Shown one piece after another: positions 26,396 to 39,589 of a stretch of 64,000 bases of DNA. Source of the DNA: Malacoraja senta (taxonomy: Eukaryota); contig CM075989.1 in assembly GCA_038087875.1 (NCBI GenBank), forward strand, positions 11,968,001 to 12,032,000, given 5' to 3'. The notes beneath the pieces were generated by a model. The model searched no databases, was not told the DNA's origin, and was given only the letters and a program-made list of their open reading frames with translations. Each line of letters begins with the position of its first letter. The first letter of the stretch is position 1. The translations under genes and the position numbers were made by a program.

Positions 26396-27209
26396 AATTC
26401 CATCATTCTGTCAGTGGGGGGATGGTGTTGTAGTCCCTGTACCTGAACAGAAAAATTTGACATTCCAATAAACTGATTCCCAAATTGTCTTTTTGACTGC
26501 ACCTTAATAACAGCAACTCAGAACATTATAGGAAAATAAAAGACTATTGCAAGTCCTGGTCCAATTATCTCCTGCCCTCTAACCCTGCTTCCTTCCAATC
26601 CACAGTGGCTCTTACCTCCCAGATACTCAGCGAGATCAGTTAGCTAACCTTGGTATCGGAAACCATGTGAACTCCTTCATTATCCAGCCGCTTCAGTCAT
26701 TCCCAACTAATGATTATTATTCATGTGAACCACCTGAGAACCTTAATTAGATCACAGACTGTAATGACTGCACAACCTAGATCATGCTCTGTATAAACAA
26801 TCTGAATTCTGCAGTTGGAATGCAGAAGATGAGCACTCCCAGGTATATGTTTATTTATACAATAATGGGATGGTTCATTGATATTGAACTGTGGTGACAA
26901 TGAATCATCTGAATGCTTCAATTAGATCAGACAATGAAAACATACAAGGTTTCCATTATTCTACAGATGAGCCATCTGAACATCTCATTGAGATTACAGC
27001 CTGTAATCACCCCGGTCTTCACTGCTGCATCAATAACTAAAACCCCTTGATAAGGTTCCCGATCTATTTGCTGCTGAGAATTTGTTCCTGTGAAACACAC
27101 CTCCCCCTGACCCCACCTGTCTGAACCCAGAAACCATCAGTGGGTCAGTGCCAGTGAGAAGGGTCTCCCCCAGCATCTCACACAATGGCAATCACTCATT
27201 TTATATTAT

Positions 27210-27590
27210 TATTTTTTATAAATAAACTTTATTCATTCACAAGTATAAACACAAATTACATATCAACCCTCGGGTTTCTTTACATTCATGTTGTGGTCCA
27301 GCCTATACATGCATAGCATTGCTGTCTATACATTCATAGTGTCATCAACTTAATACTTTCTGTGTAAAGCACCAATGTCATTCAAGTGGCCTCTTTGAAC
27401 AATGCACTATTTCAGGTGTTTGAGGGCCTTGCGGTTACCCAGGACCTGGCCCATCAGTGTCCAGTGGACCTTCAATTGCTGAGCTTGCCTACAAAGTCTT
27501 TGCGTTGGCCGCACAAAGCTTCAGTGCATCCCTCAGCGCACACCCCTGCACCCTGCAATGTGCCAGTCAGCAGCCAAGTAAAAACTCAGC
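27210..27590 (-). mobile_element. L1/Tx1-like LINE 3' end
   Basis: Minus-strand HCRVQGCALRDALKLCAANAKTL resembles the Tx1 ORF2 C-terminus; AATAAA near 27230. Confidence 0.65.
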
Positions 27591-28214
27591 TGGTCATCAC
27601 TTCCAAGGGGTTTATTCACCTCAAATGCCTCTATGGTGGGGTGGTTGGTCTGGACTCCCACATCCTGCTGACTAAGACCTGAACGAGATCGATACCCGCC
27701 TCAGCTCACCTCCACCCATCTTTTATTCATACAGAGTGTTGTCAGGTTAAACAGCAGCAAACAAACATGTTGTTTGGCGGTAATGTTATCCCATCAGCCT
27801 CACAGCCGAGCAGACTGATGGCAATCCTTTGCTTCACTAATAATATTTTAATCAGTTTAAAATACATGATTCTGACTCTCAGCTATTGGATCCAATTAGA
27901 AATGTGTAGCCTCCCAACCTTAATTTAAATTTTAATGAGTGAGTGCATCTGATTTGCATAGTGATTAGTTAGGGATCTAACAGTCTAATTGTGCAGCCAA
28001 ATATCAAACCAGCATGGGAAACTGATCCTTTCATTTAGCTTCTGGGTCTAACCTTCACATCAGTCCAAGCACCAGTACCGAGATTTTACAAACAGAAGTC
28101 CTCTCATAAACCAAAGCCTTGCCATCAAGGTTAAAAGTGGCAGGTGGAGAGACACCATCACCCAAGGTCACCCTGCAAGTTAAACACCGACCTGTCTTGG
28201 AAATACACTGGCAT

Positions 28215-28980
28215 CTGAATTATGGACTGTAAGCCTCCGTGAATGTCAGAAGAATTTTTGCACAGTTCCTGTTTTGTATATATTTTTTACTTTGAATAAT
28301 GTTTATTTTGGATTTTAGAAAATCCGATTTAGTGACTGTTCCCAGGGACAAATTCGAAGACGGACATCAAGTACTGCTGGAAGGTTATCAACTCAGTGAA
28401 AGTCCCTCTTTGGTCTGCCCGAACCTTGTTGATCTCCCAGCAGAGCGAGATGTCCATCGGGAAATGTTAGGGGCTGTCCCAATCCAGAATGCAGGAGTAC
28501 TCCAGTGCTGAGGTACGCACAGAAGCTTGGTTAAGCCAACGCCAAGGCTTTGTGGGGAAGGATCATAGTCTAGGGTCCTTCCGCTGCTGCACATTGGAGG
28601 GCAGGGTGTGGTGGAGACGCCCCTCAAACGAGGGAAGGGATATCACCCCAGGGGGGCATGAGTAGCAAGGACGCCAGGTACAATGATATTTCTGTGAACA
28701 CTACCAAATACAATAAAATTCTGAAGAATTTTTGCACAGTTCTTGTTTGGTATATATTTTTTATTCTGGAAAAAAAAATCATCTTGGAGACAGCAAGTGG
28801 GAGAGTCTGGTCCAACCACTAACCCCGGAGGAACTAACTGGCTCCATCCATTCTTTTGACTCGAATAAAACTCCCGGAAGCGATATACTCGGCTCTGTGG
28901 GACTGAGTGGGCCAGACCTGCTGGAAGTGTACAATAAAAAGCTTTTGGCTGGTAGCATGTCAGATTCCATGAGGAAGTGC
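28215..28980 (+). mobile_element. Rearranged or tandem L1/Tx1-like LINE fragments
   Basis: QPLTPEELTGSIHSFDSNKTPGSD...DLLEVYN...AGSMSDSMRK (ORF2 interior) and ANAKALWGRIIV* (ORF2 end); 3' UTR present twice (about 28248-28311 and 28723-28770). Confidence 0.7.
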
Positions 28981-29029
28981 AATTACTTCACAGGAACCTT
29001 ATCAAACAAAGTCTGACACTGGGCCATGC

Positions 29030-30452
29030 AGTTAGAAACATATAAAATAGGTGCAGGCGTAGGCCATTTGGCCCTTTGAGCCACCACTACCATTCAATAT
29101 GATCATACTGATCATACAAAATCAGTACCCCGTTCCTGCTTTCTCCCCATAATCCCTCGATTCCGTTAGCCCTAAGAGCTATATCTAACTCTCTCTTGAA
29201 AACATCAAGTGAATTGGCCTCCACTACCTTCTGTGGCAGAGAATTCCGCAGATTCACAACTCCCTGGGTGAAAAGGTTTTTCCTCATCTCAGTCCTAAAT
29301 GGCCTACCACTAATTCATAAACTGTGACCCCTAGTTCTGGACTCCCCCAACATGGGGAACATTGTTCCTGCATCTAGCCTGTCCAATCCCTTAAGTATTT
29401 AATATGTTTCTATAAGATACCCTCTCATCCTTCTAAATTCCAGTGAATATAAGCCCAGTCGATCCATTCTTTCATCATATGTCAGTCCCGCCACCTGGGA
29501 ATTAACCTGGTGAAACTACGCTGCACTCACTCAATAGCAAGAATGTCTTTCCTCAAATTAGGAGACCAAAACTGCACAGAATACTCCAGGTGTGGTCCCA
29601 CCATGGCCCTGTACAACTGCAGTAGGACCTCCTTGCTCCTTTACTCAAATCCTCTCACAATAAAGGCCAACTTGCCATTTGCTTTCTTCACTGCCAGCTG
29701 TACCTGGATGCTTACTTTCAGTGACTGATGTACAAGGACACCCAAGAATCGTTGCACCTCCCCTTTTCCTAATCTGACACCATTCAGATAATAATCTACC
29801 TTTTTGTTTTTGCCACCAAAGTGGATAACCTCACATTATATGGCATCTGCCATGCATCTGCCCACTCACCAACCTATCCAAGTCACCCTGCAGCCTCATA
29901 GCATCCTCCTCGCAGCTCACTCTGCCACCCAGTTTTATGTCATCTGAAAACTTGGAGATGTTGCATTTAATCCCTTTGTCTAAATCGTTAATATATATTA
30001 TAAATAACTGGTGTCCCAACACTGAGCCTTGCACTGCCTGCAATTCTGAAAAGGACCCGTTAATTCCTACTCTTTGCTTCCTGTCTACCAACCAGCTCTC
30101 TATCCATGTCAACACCCTACCCCCCAATACCATGTTCTCTAATTTTACACACTAATCTCTTGTGTGGGACCTTGTCAAAGGCTTTTTGAAAGTCCAGATC
30201 CAGCCTTGTCCATTATCCCTTATCCTGGCTCTCCCTTATTCATTCTACTTGTTACATGCTCAAAAGATTCCAGAAGATAAGTCAAGCACGATTTCCCCTT
30301 CATAAATCCATGCTGACTTTGACCGATCCTGTCACTGCTTTCCAAATGCGTCGCTATTACATCGTTAATAATTGACTCAAGCATCTTCCCTGCTACTGGT
30401 GTCAGGCTAACTGGTCTATAATTCCCTGTTTTCTCTCTGCCTCCTTTCTTGT
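29030..30452 (-). mobile_element. CR1 LINE, 5'-truncated and mutated
   Basis: GNYRPVSLT...QHGFMKGKSCLT, QGSVLGHQLFIIYINDLD...KFSDDIKL and the CR1 3' UTR; same family as 58237-59763. Confidence 0.92.
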
Positions 30453-31519
30453 AAAGCTTCAAATACAAGCCTGTGGCCAGATGGAGATTTTTAAGAAGTG
30501 TTCTAAGGGAAGTGAAAGAGATGGATAAATTTAGAACATAGAACATTATAGCCCATCCTGTCTGTGCCAACCATGATGCCAATCTACACTAAACTTATCT
30601 GCCTGCACAATGTCCATATTCCTCCATTCCCTGCCTGTTCATGTGCATGTGTAACTGTCTACTGGGGATCATGACAGAAGCCTCCTCGTGGCGATCCCTG
30701 GAAGCGACGACGCGATGCACTCTGTGACGCATCGGGCGACAATTCTGTCAACATGTTGGACGACAACAGAAGCCAACAGCGAGCTACATCGTGTGACACA
30801 CGTGCGAACGAACTGCCTACTTCCTCTGCACTATTGCTTCTGGGTTACATGTTTAACTCACATTCCATAAAATAGAACACAAATTTCTGGGCCGGGGTTC
30901 TCTAACCTCGTGGTTACTCTCTTTGCGCAAGGGGGAGCCTGTGAAGGTGGTGAATTTGGATTGTCAAGACGGCTTTTGATAAGGTTCCACACAGGAGGTT
31001 GATCAATAAGATTAGAACGCATGGAGTCAGGATAATGTACTGATGTGGTTAACAACCTCCCGTAGATTCCTCATAAGATCTTTTCTCCAAAAATTCAGAA
31101 ACTGAAGGTTTGTTGAAGGAGATGAAGATAAATTCAGAAGACAAATTATGGCACAACCTTCATCAATCTATCTCCTCATTCTGTGCAGCTGCTGAATTAT
31201 AATTGTGTTTAATATTTCATCTAATAAGGAACTGCTTAAGGCAAATGGGTGTTTAGTTGCCCACACCTCATTGTGAATATCAAGCGTACTGAAGGTCTGG
31301 TAACTGGACAGTTATGTTGTTAGCTCCCCCACAAGGTAGAAACCCAATCTTCACTGACATTTAGATGGCGAGTTCCTGAAGGGAAAGGAGGTGGGAGACA
31401 TCAATCTTTGCTCATTTGTCTGCGGATTACAAGGGAGTTGGAGTGCAGCTGCAGGGGTGCTGTCTGAACCACTTGTTAGCAGCTATCAGCAAAATACTAT
31501 GAACCAGCAATGTTCAGCA

Positions 31520-31800
31520 GAGAGGAGAGGGGAGATGGCAGAGGAGGAAGGAGAGACAGGCAGAGATGGAGGAAAGAAAGAGAGAGAAACAGGGACATAG
31601 GGAGACAGAGAGAGAAAGAAAGAAAGACAGGAAAGAGAGACAGAGGAAGATGGAGAGAGAGGAGGAGGAGAAAAAAGTGAGGAAGAGGGACTGGGAGAGG
31701 AAGACATAGAGAGAGGAGAGGAGGTGAAAGAGAGGAATGAGAGGCATAGCGGGATGAGCGAGAGTAGTAATAGACTGCAAGAGAAGAGAAAGTGGACAGA
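31520..31800. repeat. GA-rich (polypurine) low-complexity tract
   Basis: Nearly pure A/G on the plus strand. Confidence 0.85.
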
Positions 31801-32499
31801 GAATCACTCCGTCAAGGTACAATACTATGTTGCCATTCATTCTCTTATGCAGTGAACTCTGTTTCATGCAGTATAAAACAAGATGAATAAAAATGCATTC
31901 AGCAAGTTATTGGACAACCGCAAACCCTCATGCACAGGGTGTGGAGCCACTTCCCAAGTGAGACAAGCTGACCGTGTACCCATTGGTCAGATCATTAGTG
32001 ATCTGTTATGACACTCAACAGGTCGGGTAACATCTGGAAAGAGAGAAAGGGACTTTGCTTTTTGGAGATGAATCGCCAAGGATTTCCGGGGATATTTTCC
32101 CCGATTTTCCAGAGATGGGGACAGAGGGGGTGTTAGGGCATCGGGCAGGCTGTGTCTGGTAGCAGATTGGCACTCCGACTGCTGAGAGTGCAGTGAGCTT
32201 CGACCATCGCCCAGTCGGCACCAATCTCCCCGACTTCTATTGAAACCTGGCACTGCGGTGAGCAGCGTGCAGCCAGCCCAGTCCCTCCACCGCTGCACAG
32301 TGTGGCACACGCCTGCTATTACAGTCACCAGGGTTCAGCAGTGGCAGGGTGCAGCGGTGAGCAGACAGCTCACCTATGCCTGTCTCCCGCCTCATCAACA
32401 CCCCTCATTACTGCACCGCCTCCCCCAAAATACACCCTCTCCTTTGTGCACACATCTGGCTGATGGAGGTTCAAACCTCTGGCTCCAACTGCCCCGAAT

Positions 32500-32707
32500 T
32501 AGCTTCACCTGCAGATGTATCCAGTCGCTAGGCAACCAGATATGACAAGTGCAGTGTTTGGGGGGGGGGGGCTGGATCTGGCACCGAGCGCTCTGGCGAG
32601 AATAGATGTTTTGTTTCTATATTTAATTGCTGTCAGCAACCCAGAAGGAGCTGCGAATCGGAGGGGCGGAGGGAGGGGTGTTGTCAGCCACAGCGGCGGG
32701 GGTAAGT
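32500..32707 (+). promoter_or_regulatory. Putative promoter and short first exon
   Basis: RFX X-box-like GTCGCTAGGCAAC (32524-32536), MEF2/TATA-like CTATATTTAA (32617-32626), GC box (32663-32670), consensus donor G|GTAAGT (32701/32702). Confidence 0.4.
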
Positions 32708-32779
32708 TGCAGCCTCAGGGACCAGAGCCTACAGCACGCCCCCCCCCCCCCACCCCACCTGGAGCACAGAACCGGGATG

Positions 32780-33535
32780 CATGGCACACACGCCGGGACT
32801 TACACCAGGGACACACACCCAACCACACATACTCCAGGACACACCAGCACACACACACCAGGGCATACACCAAGGCACACACACATTGACAAGCACGCAC
32901 ACACATACACACTGGCACACACACACACACACACACAGACAGTGGCACACACACCAGCACACACACGGGGCAGACCTACACACACACGCACCAGGGCACA
33001 CACACACCGACACACATACAATCTGGCACACACACACCAGCGCACACACACGCACACGCACACCAGGCAGACCTGCACACACACACCAGGGCACACACAC
33101 ATACACTGGCCCACAGGCACACACAGGCACATACACACACTCACACACACAGGCACATACACATTGGCACACATGCACCGACACACATACACACTGCGCA
33201 CACACACACCAGGGCACACACACACTCCGGCACACACACACACCAGAACACACGCTCTGGCACACATACACACCTAAACACACAAACCGGCACACACACA
33301 CACGCACACCAGGGCACACACACACTCTGGCACAAATACAGTACACACCAGAACACACACATTGGCTCATACACATTGGCACACACACACCGACACACAT
33401 ACGCAATGACACACACACACCAGGGCACACACACATACCAGGGCACACACCAGCATACACACACCTGGGCACACACCAGTACACATACACCAGGGCACAC
33501 ACACCTGGGTACAGATACACCAGGGCACACACAGT
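32780..33535. repeat. Complex (CA)-rich minisatellite
   Basis: (CA)n runs punctuated by CCAGGG/CTGG motifs. Confidence 0.95.
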
Positions 33536-33869
33536 GGAGGAGGGCCACTGTAAGAGGTGGGAGGGGCTCATGTGATCAAAGCTCCTGGAATGAGCTTGCC
33601 ATATCTGGGGAGCTGTGTAAGCATGCTTTTTCACTTCTCCTTCGACTGAACCACAGAGAGTACAGGCGCATCTCTCATAGGAGAATCCCTCTACCCAGGC
33701 CTCAATATGGTGACACTTTGCTGCACTCCCTCCATTGCACGAACACCTTTTCTTAGAATCGGAAGGACTGACTGGGTGCCCAGATTCCAGGTGGGCCTCA
33801 GCAGCGCCTCAGAACTGAAGGAAGGCAGGCGTCCAAAACACCCGGATAAAGGCCAACGCCTTGATCACC

Positions 33870-34002
33870 TTTGGTCTAAAGAAGGGTCCTGACCCAAAAC
33901 GTCGACTGTCCATTTCCATCCACAGGCGCTACCTGACCTGCTGAGTACCCCCAGCAGTTTGTTTTTGCTCAAGATTCCAGCATCTGCAGTCTCCTGTGTC
34001 TC
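33870..34002 (+). mobile_element. Penelope-derived short element
   Basis: GTCTAAAGAAGGGTCCTGACCCAAAACGTC...CAGCATCTGCAGTCTC. Confidence 0.65.
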
Positions 34003-35325
34003 CATTATTTACCTTCCTAATTACTTGTTGAACCTGCGTATTAACTTTCAGTGATTTATCTACAAAGACACCCAGCTTCCTCCAATCACCAGCATCATCC
34101 CATCTCCCTTTACTATTGTGTGATTCCAATAATTTCCCCTTGGTTTTGCCATTAGGAAGGGCACTGCACTGGGGGCCTCGCTCCCAGTCCTCCAAACCTC
34201 GCCTGAACCCTTAAAGAAAACCAGGAGACTCTCTATAAGGTAGAGAAAAACAGTTCTCCCCAGCTGCTTTGAAGAGGATCTCACCCCAGTATGTGTAGCT
34301 CTGCAAGAGGCAGCAATGCCAGCTGTAAATCCCTCACATACACAGGTTCTCAGGGCATGAGGAACCCATTCCTTGAACTTTCCATTGACTTTCTGTAATT
34401 TTGACGGTTATTGAAAGGGAAACAGTAAAAACATTCACTGTTGTATAAACCCTGAATGCGCTCTTTCATGGTTGTTGGTCTCACGGGCAACACATGCATT
34501 TATTGTCTCTCCCCAGTTGGGCCTGAGTGAGAGTGTCAATGGCGCAGTGGGATTATCACTAAATTAATAATCTAGATAGGGATTATCACTAAATTAATAA
34601 TCTAGATACCCATAACAGGTGCTGCTAAATTCAAATTCGTACTCGTGCTATAACTACTGAAACAACTCAACTGGTCCTAACCTCGCTGTGGGACCTTTTG
34701 TGTGCTGTTTCATCGCTGGTGACATTCATGGATGTGCAGTGTCCAAAAATTGGAAGGTTCATCAGAAATGCAAATTAATCCTTCACTCCATTTGTTAATT
34801 GTCAAGTCAAGTCAATTTTATTTCTATAGCACACAAAAAAACAACTCTCGTTGACCAAAGTGCTTTACATCAGTAACTTCAATCTGTCATCCAGAGCAGT
34901 TCTGATACTACGGGACCTACATGTGTTAATTACGGCAAATTGGAAGACAGAATATGGTAATCAGGAAGGCTAGGCTTTTTGAAGTGGTAAGTTGAAGCTG
35001 AAACACCTCAAAAAACATTTGAAAATTTGTTTGAATCAATTTAAGGGCATTTAATATTCAGGGTTTTTTTCTGTAAATTGTTGTGATGCACAGTTAGTAT
35101 TCAGGTGGATTGGAAGCAAGAGCAGGATGATGAGACTGAATGTGCTCAGAAACGCAATTTCTATATTCAGCATCAGTCTCCACCCCGAGCCCCTCACGGA
35201 GAGTAATCTAATTACCCGGCAGTAATCTGACTGAGTCCAATCATTTCCGGCGTATATAACCAGCCGAAGCCAATGACCCAGCAACACAAGGCTGATGAGG
35301 GGAAGCTTGGCAGCAGCAGGCAGAA

Positions 35326-35505
35326 TGTGTAGGAAGGAACTGCGGATGCTGGTTTACACTGAAGATAGATACAAAATGCTGGAGTAACTCAGCGAGTCAG
35401 GCAGCATCTCTGGTGAAAAGGAAAATAGGTGACGTTTCGGGCCTCGAAACACTTGAGTCTTGTTTGACCCGCTGAATTACTCCAGCATTTTGCATCTATC
35501 TTTGG
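35326..35505. mobile_element. Penelope-derived short element, inverted pair
   Basis: ATGCTGGAGTAACTCAGCG...CGCTGAATTACTCCAGCAT palindrome. Confidence 0.7.
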
Positions 35506-35974
35506 CAGCAGTAAAAGTGGATTCATTTCATGAGGTTTACATTTGAACATGGGAACACGCCGTTTATTCCTCAACCTGCTTCCCTGTTTGTTTACTCACC
35601 GCTGATTCTGATTCTTTTCAATCCCACCTTCTGACTCAGACCACATTATTTCCCTGATCCCCTTAGAGTTGATCTACAAAGACTGACTAGCGATTTGGAA
35701 AGACATACAACCCTCTGGGTAAAGGCATTTCTCCTCAATGATTAACTTGTTTTCCTGAGACTGGACCTTCTGCTTCATTACTCCCCAAAGGGGCAACACC
35801 CTCTCACCATCTAGCCTGCTGAGCCCTATACGAATCTCTCACTGGGATCAATATCCCACGACCTCAGACTCCTCCTACTCCATCTCTCCTCATTGAACAA
35901 CTTTCATTCATCCCAGGATTCAATCAGGTGAACCTTGACTGAACTCCTTCCTCGATACATCAACCCTTCCTTTG

Positions 35975-36240
35975 ACATGTGGCATAATGGTGCAGCTGGT
36001 AGAGCTGTTGCCTCACAATTCCAGCATTCCAGGTTCATTCCTGACCATCGATGCTGTCTGTGTGGAGTCTGCATGTCCTTCCTCCGTCTGCTTTGGTTTC
36101 CTGCACACACCAGAAAAATGCAGGTTGGTGGGTTAATTGGCCACTGCAAATTCCCTCGAGTCTGGGAGGAGGTGATGGGAATATGGGGAGAATATAGTAG
36201 ATAAAAGTCAGTGTGAATTTGTGGGGCTGAAGGGCCTTTT
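35975..36240 (+). mobile_element. HE1-like SINE
   Basis: tRNA-like head (ggtgcagctggtagagctg...caggttcattcc) and conserved body. Confidence 0.65.
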
Positions 36241-38459
36241 ACTTGCTAAATGGTTCCTTTATTATCACATGTACCAAGGTACAGTGAGATTATTTTTTTG
36301 CACACTGATCAGTGAGATTATTGCCATACATAAGTATAATCCCCAGTTAGCACATATTGCACAGAAATAGTCCACTGAGTCTAAATGCAAAAGGTCATCA
36401 GGTTTTGGCGCCACTTCACTGTCCCAACTGCAGCTGGCCAAAAAGCCTGTTGCAGCTGTCGCCTCCATCCAGTCGTCCAGCGAACCATCGTCCTTCTCCT
36501 TGCCCGGCCATCTTAAGCCTTCATGCCACAGGGGTGCCTCCTACAACCAGCCTTCAAGACGTGGGACGTAAGACCCCCGATTCTTCCTTCTGTCCTTTGT
36601 CCAGCATCCACCACCATCGCCAACTCCTTCCACCTCCTCTCCCATTCGCGGTCTTTGAAGCGAGCAGGGGTCAGGTTTGGCAGCTTCTCTTTCCCTATTC
36701 AATGACAGGAGAGCAGGGGCTAGGCCTGCTCCCCTGGATCCACGGGAGAGCTTCCCTCTCCCGGATCCGCGGCGGGCAAGCCACGCCTGCTGTCGGGTTA
36801 AGGCCGGGACCTCCAGCCACATGTGGCTCCACGAGACCTTCTCGTGGGACTTTGTGCACAATTACAAATGGAGGGGTTTGTGTCAACCAATTATTATATG
36901 CTTGACTCTTTTATATTATAAGAGGAAGGTTCAGGGGCAACTCCAGGCCATCTTGAAATTTAATTCTGGATTCTTGTCATTTTAAGTTATATTTAGTGTA
37001 TTATTTAATCTAGCATCAACAGTTACCTGCTATCACTATTCTTGTAAAAAAATGTTCTGGATTGTGCTGCTCCATGAGTCTTGACACATGACAGAGAAGG
37101 AGACCACTCAGCCCATTCAGCCTATGCTGACTCCTGGGGCAATCTCATTCTCCCACATATATCTGTAACCTATTCTCTCTTGTGTGCTCATTAATCCCCC
37201 CTTCACATGGGACACTTTTATTGTAGCCAATTAGTTCACCATCTAGCATGTTTTAGGATTACAGGAGGAATCCCACGTGGTCACAGGAGAACAGGCTAAG
37301 TCCATTCCACCCTCAAGACAGTGGTCATGTTTGAATACTTGACCTCCCATCCTAGATGAGGTAGAACCGTAATCCTCCCCCCACACCAGACACACTCAGG
37401 ATCAAACACAGATAACCAACCGATCGAGGGAATATACCCACACATACTTATCCAATTCTGAACAACTAGATTGTCATCTAAAAATACCAATCTCCTGTTC
37501 TTCTTTTCAGCTAAATATCACCACAATATGTTGCTGCCAAGGGAATCCAGCTACTGTAATTTAGATCAGTCTCCAGGCTCCTTGGCTGGAAGTTTATTTT
37601 CACCTCTCAGGTTCTATTAACTCCTGTTTCCGTGATAAATTGTCTGTTTATAAGTGAACCAGGAACTGCCAAAACATCACCAGCTGTGTCATAAGGAAGG
37701 TGTTTGCATTTATATAGTGCCTTTCACAGCACTGCGGCACCCCAAAACTGCTTAATACCTTGTCAACATTTAGTCATTGATAGGTGGCAAGTTTATTATT
37801 TTTTTCTTTTTGCATAACAGGATTCCATGCTCAATAGTAAATGGTTTTTGGATTACAGGAGGAATCCCACGTGGTCACAGGAGAACAGGCTAAGTCCATG
37901 CAGACAGCACCCATTGGGGGGAAATTACAGGTCAGGGCAGTGAAAGGACTTGCCTGGTGTCCTCAGATTGTCAGTCTTTATCTGGGGCTATAGGTGTGGC
38001 CCTGATCTGGAATGGTATCAGTAGCCAGCTCCACTGACAGTGCGGCACTCCGCAGTATTGGAATGGAAGGAATGTGCAGGTTTGGGTGTGTGGGAATGGG
38101 TGAGAGAGTGGGACAAGCCAGATTGCTATAACATGGAGCTAGTGCACAGAGCAAGGATCTAGATTTGATGGACTGAATGGCCTCTTTGCACGCTATATCT
38201 ACTCTGTGATCATACCATTCTGTATTCAGGTTCCATCTGTGCCTTCTGTTCACCTGCCTTATTTACCACTCTTTAAATTAAGGTGTATAATGTGAAACTT
38301 TGCCAAGCTTTTCTGCCTGTTTTTTCACCTTAGTTTGCACAGTTTCCAAACTCTCCTGTTTATTCCTTGACACCCTTTTCCAAGTCTAATATTTCTCCTT
38401 TATGCATCTTTGCTCAGCTAAGCAAGTTTAAACTTTCTCAACAACTCCAGTAAACTCAC

Positions 38460-38630
38460 CTGCGAGTATTCGGCACTGGCCTTGTTAAAGTTGAACCGGT
38501 CAGATCGGCACAGATCCAGCTTGTCCAGAACTGGTCCTAGTGGAGTCTGAAGCTCTTCCTCCTGCACCATCTCCCTGTTAAGTCTCCCTGTTAAGTCTCG
38601 AGCTTCCTGACTTTTCATCCTCTATAAAAT
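38460..38630 (-). other. Candidate exon of an unidentified transcript
   Basis: Acceptor TTTTACAG (38631-38638), perfect donor CAG|GTGAGT (38460/38459), open frame MKSQEARDLTGRLNREMVQEEELQTPLGPVLDKLDLCRSDRFNFNKASAEYSQ; no homologue recognised. Confidence 0.35.
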
Positions 38631-38639
38631 CTGTAAAAT

Positions 38640-39000
38640 AATTTAGCAGAATGGTACCTGGCGGAATAGAGAGTATTAGCTATGAGGAGAGGTTGGACAA
38701 ATTTGGATTGTGTTTCTCTGGAGTGTCGGAGGTTGAGGGGAGACATGAAAGAAGTATATAACATTCTGAGAGGCATATAGATAGGGTAAATAGTCAGAAG
38801 CTTTATCCCATGGTGGATATGTCAAAGAGGGGAAATAGCTTCAAGGTCAGAGGGGTAAAGTTTAAAGGAGATGTATGGGATTCAGAAGGAAAAATAGATC
38901 AGCCATGATTAAATGGCAGAGTAGACTTGATGGCCCGAGTGGCCTACTTCTGCTCTTATGACTTATGAACTTATGAAGTATTTTACACAGACAGTGGTGG
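38640..39000 (+). mobile_element. Degenerate CR1 3' fragment
   Basis: SYEERLDKFGL-like translation and CR1 tail. Confidence 0.7.
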
Positions 39001-39589
39001 CTGGCAGGTGTGCAAGTTTCAGCACTTTAAGTCTTAGCCGGGCACTTCCACAATCTGCCTCGGCCGCCTGTTCCAGGTCCTTGCCTCACAGGGACTGAAA
39101 CAATTCTTTCACTCTCTCTGTATTCACTGAAATCCATTGACCACAGTTACTGACCTCTCTGCTGGGCAATACAGGTCCTGATCGATAACCAGTGTGTCCC
39201 TCCTGCACATTCATTCTGTGTATGAGAAACATACAGCCCAGTCAGTTCCCACTCTCACAGGAAACATAAATCAACAAAGTGATTCACTTTCTCAGAACAT
39301 AAAATTGAAAATTTTCTCTCATTATTTCCCACATCAACAAGACCCAACTAATTGAATGTGTGTGTACTTAAACTGTGTATTAGCATGAAATGCTTGCCAT
39401 CGGCCTAATTCCTATTCCGTATCTAACTAGGTTTGAATGTAAACTTGACAAGTCATTCAGAAATTAAACGTTCCTTTGGGTTCCTGAGTGTCTGTTATCA
39501 CTTTCCCCTCTGTTCCGATCCACACTGCCAGGGCAAAGACCACTTCTCAAGAGGCAAGAGTTAAAACTATTTGCATCGTGAATGGAACC

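Noticed and set aside
31982..32060. Strong minus-strand splice acceptor
   Set aside because: Resembles the Penelope-derived unit (TCCAGATG..CCCGACCTGTTGAGT); all frames close quickly
32627..33634. Long His/Thr-rich and Cys/Val-rich ORFs (up to 301 aa) in several frames
   Set aside because: Translation artefacts of the CA-rich satellite
35122..35233. Possible C/D snoRNA or SECIS (ATGATGA at 35127, CTGA at 35227, hairpin 35132-35180)
   Set aside because: Terminal stem only 3 bp, no convincing rRNA guide complementarity, SECIS spacing not met
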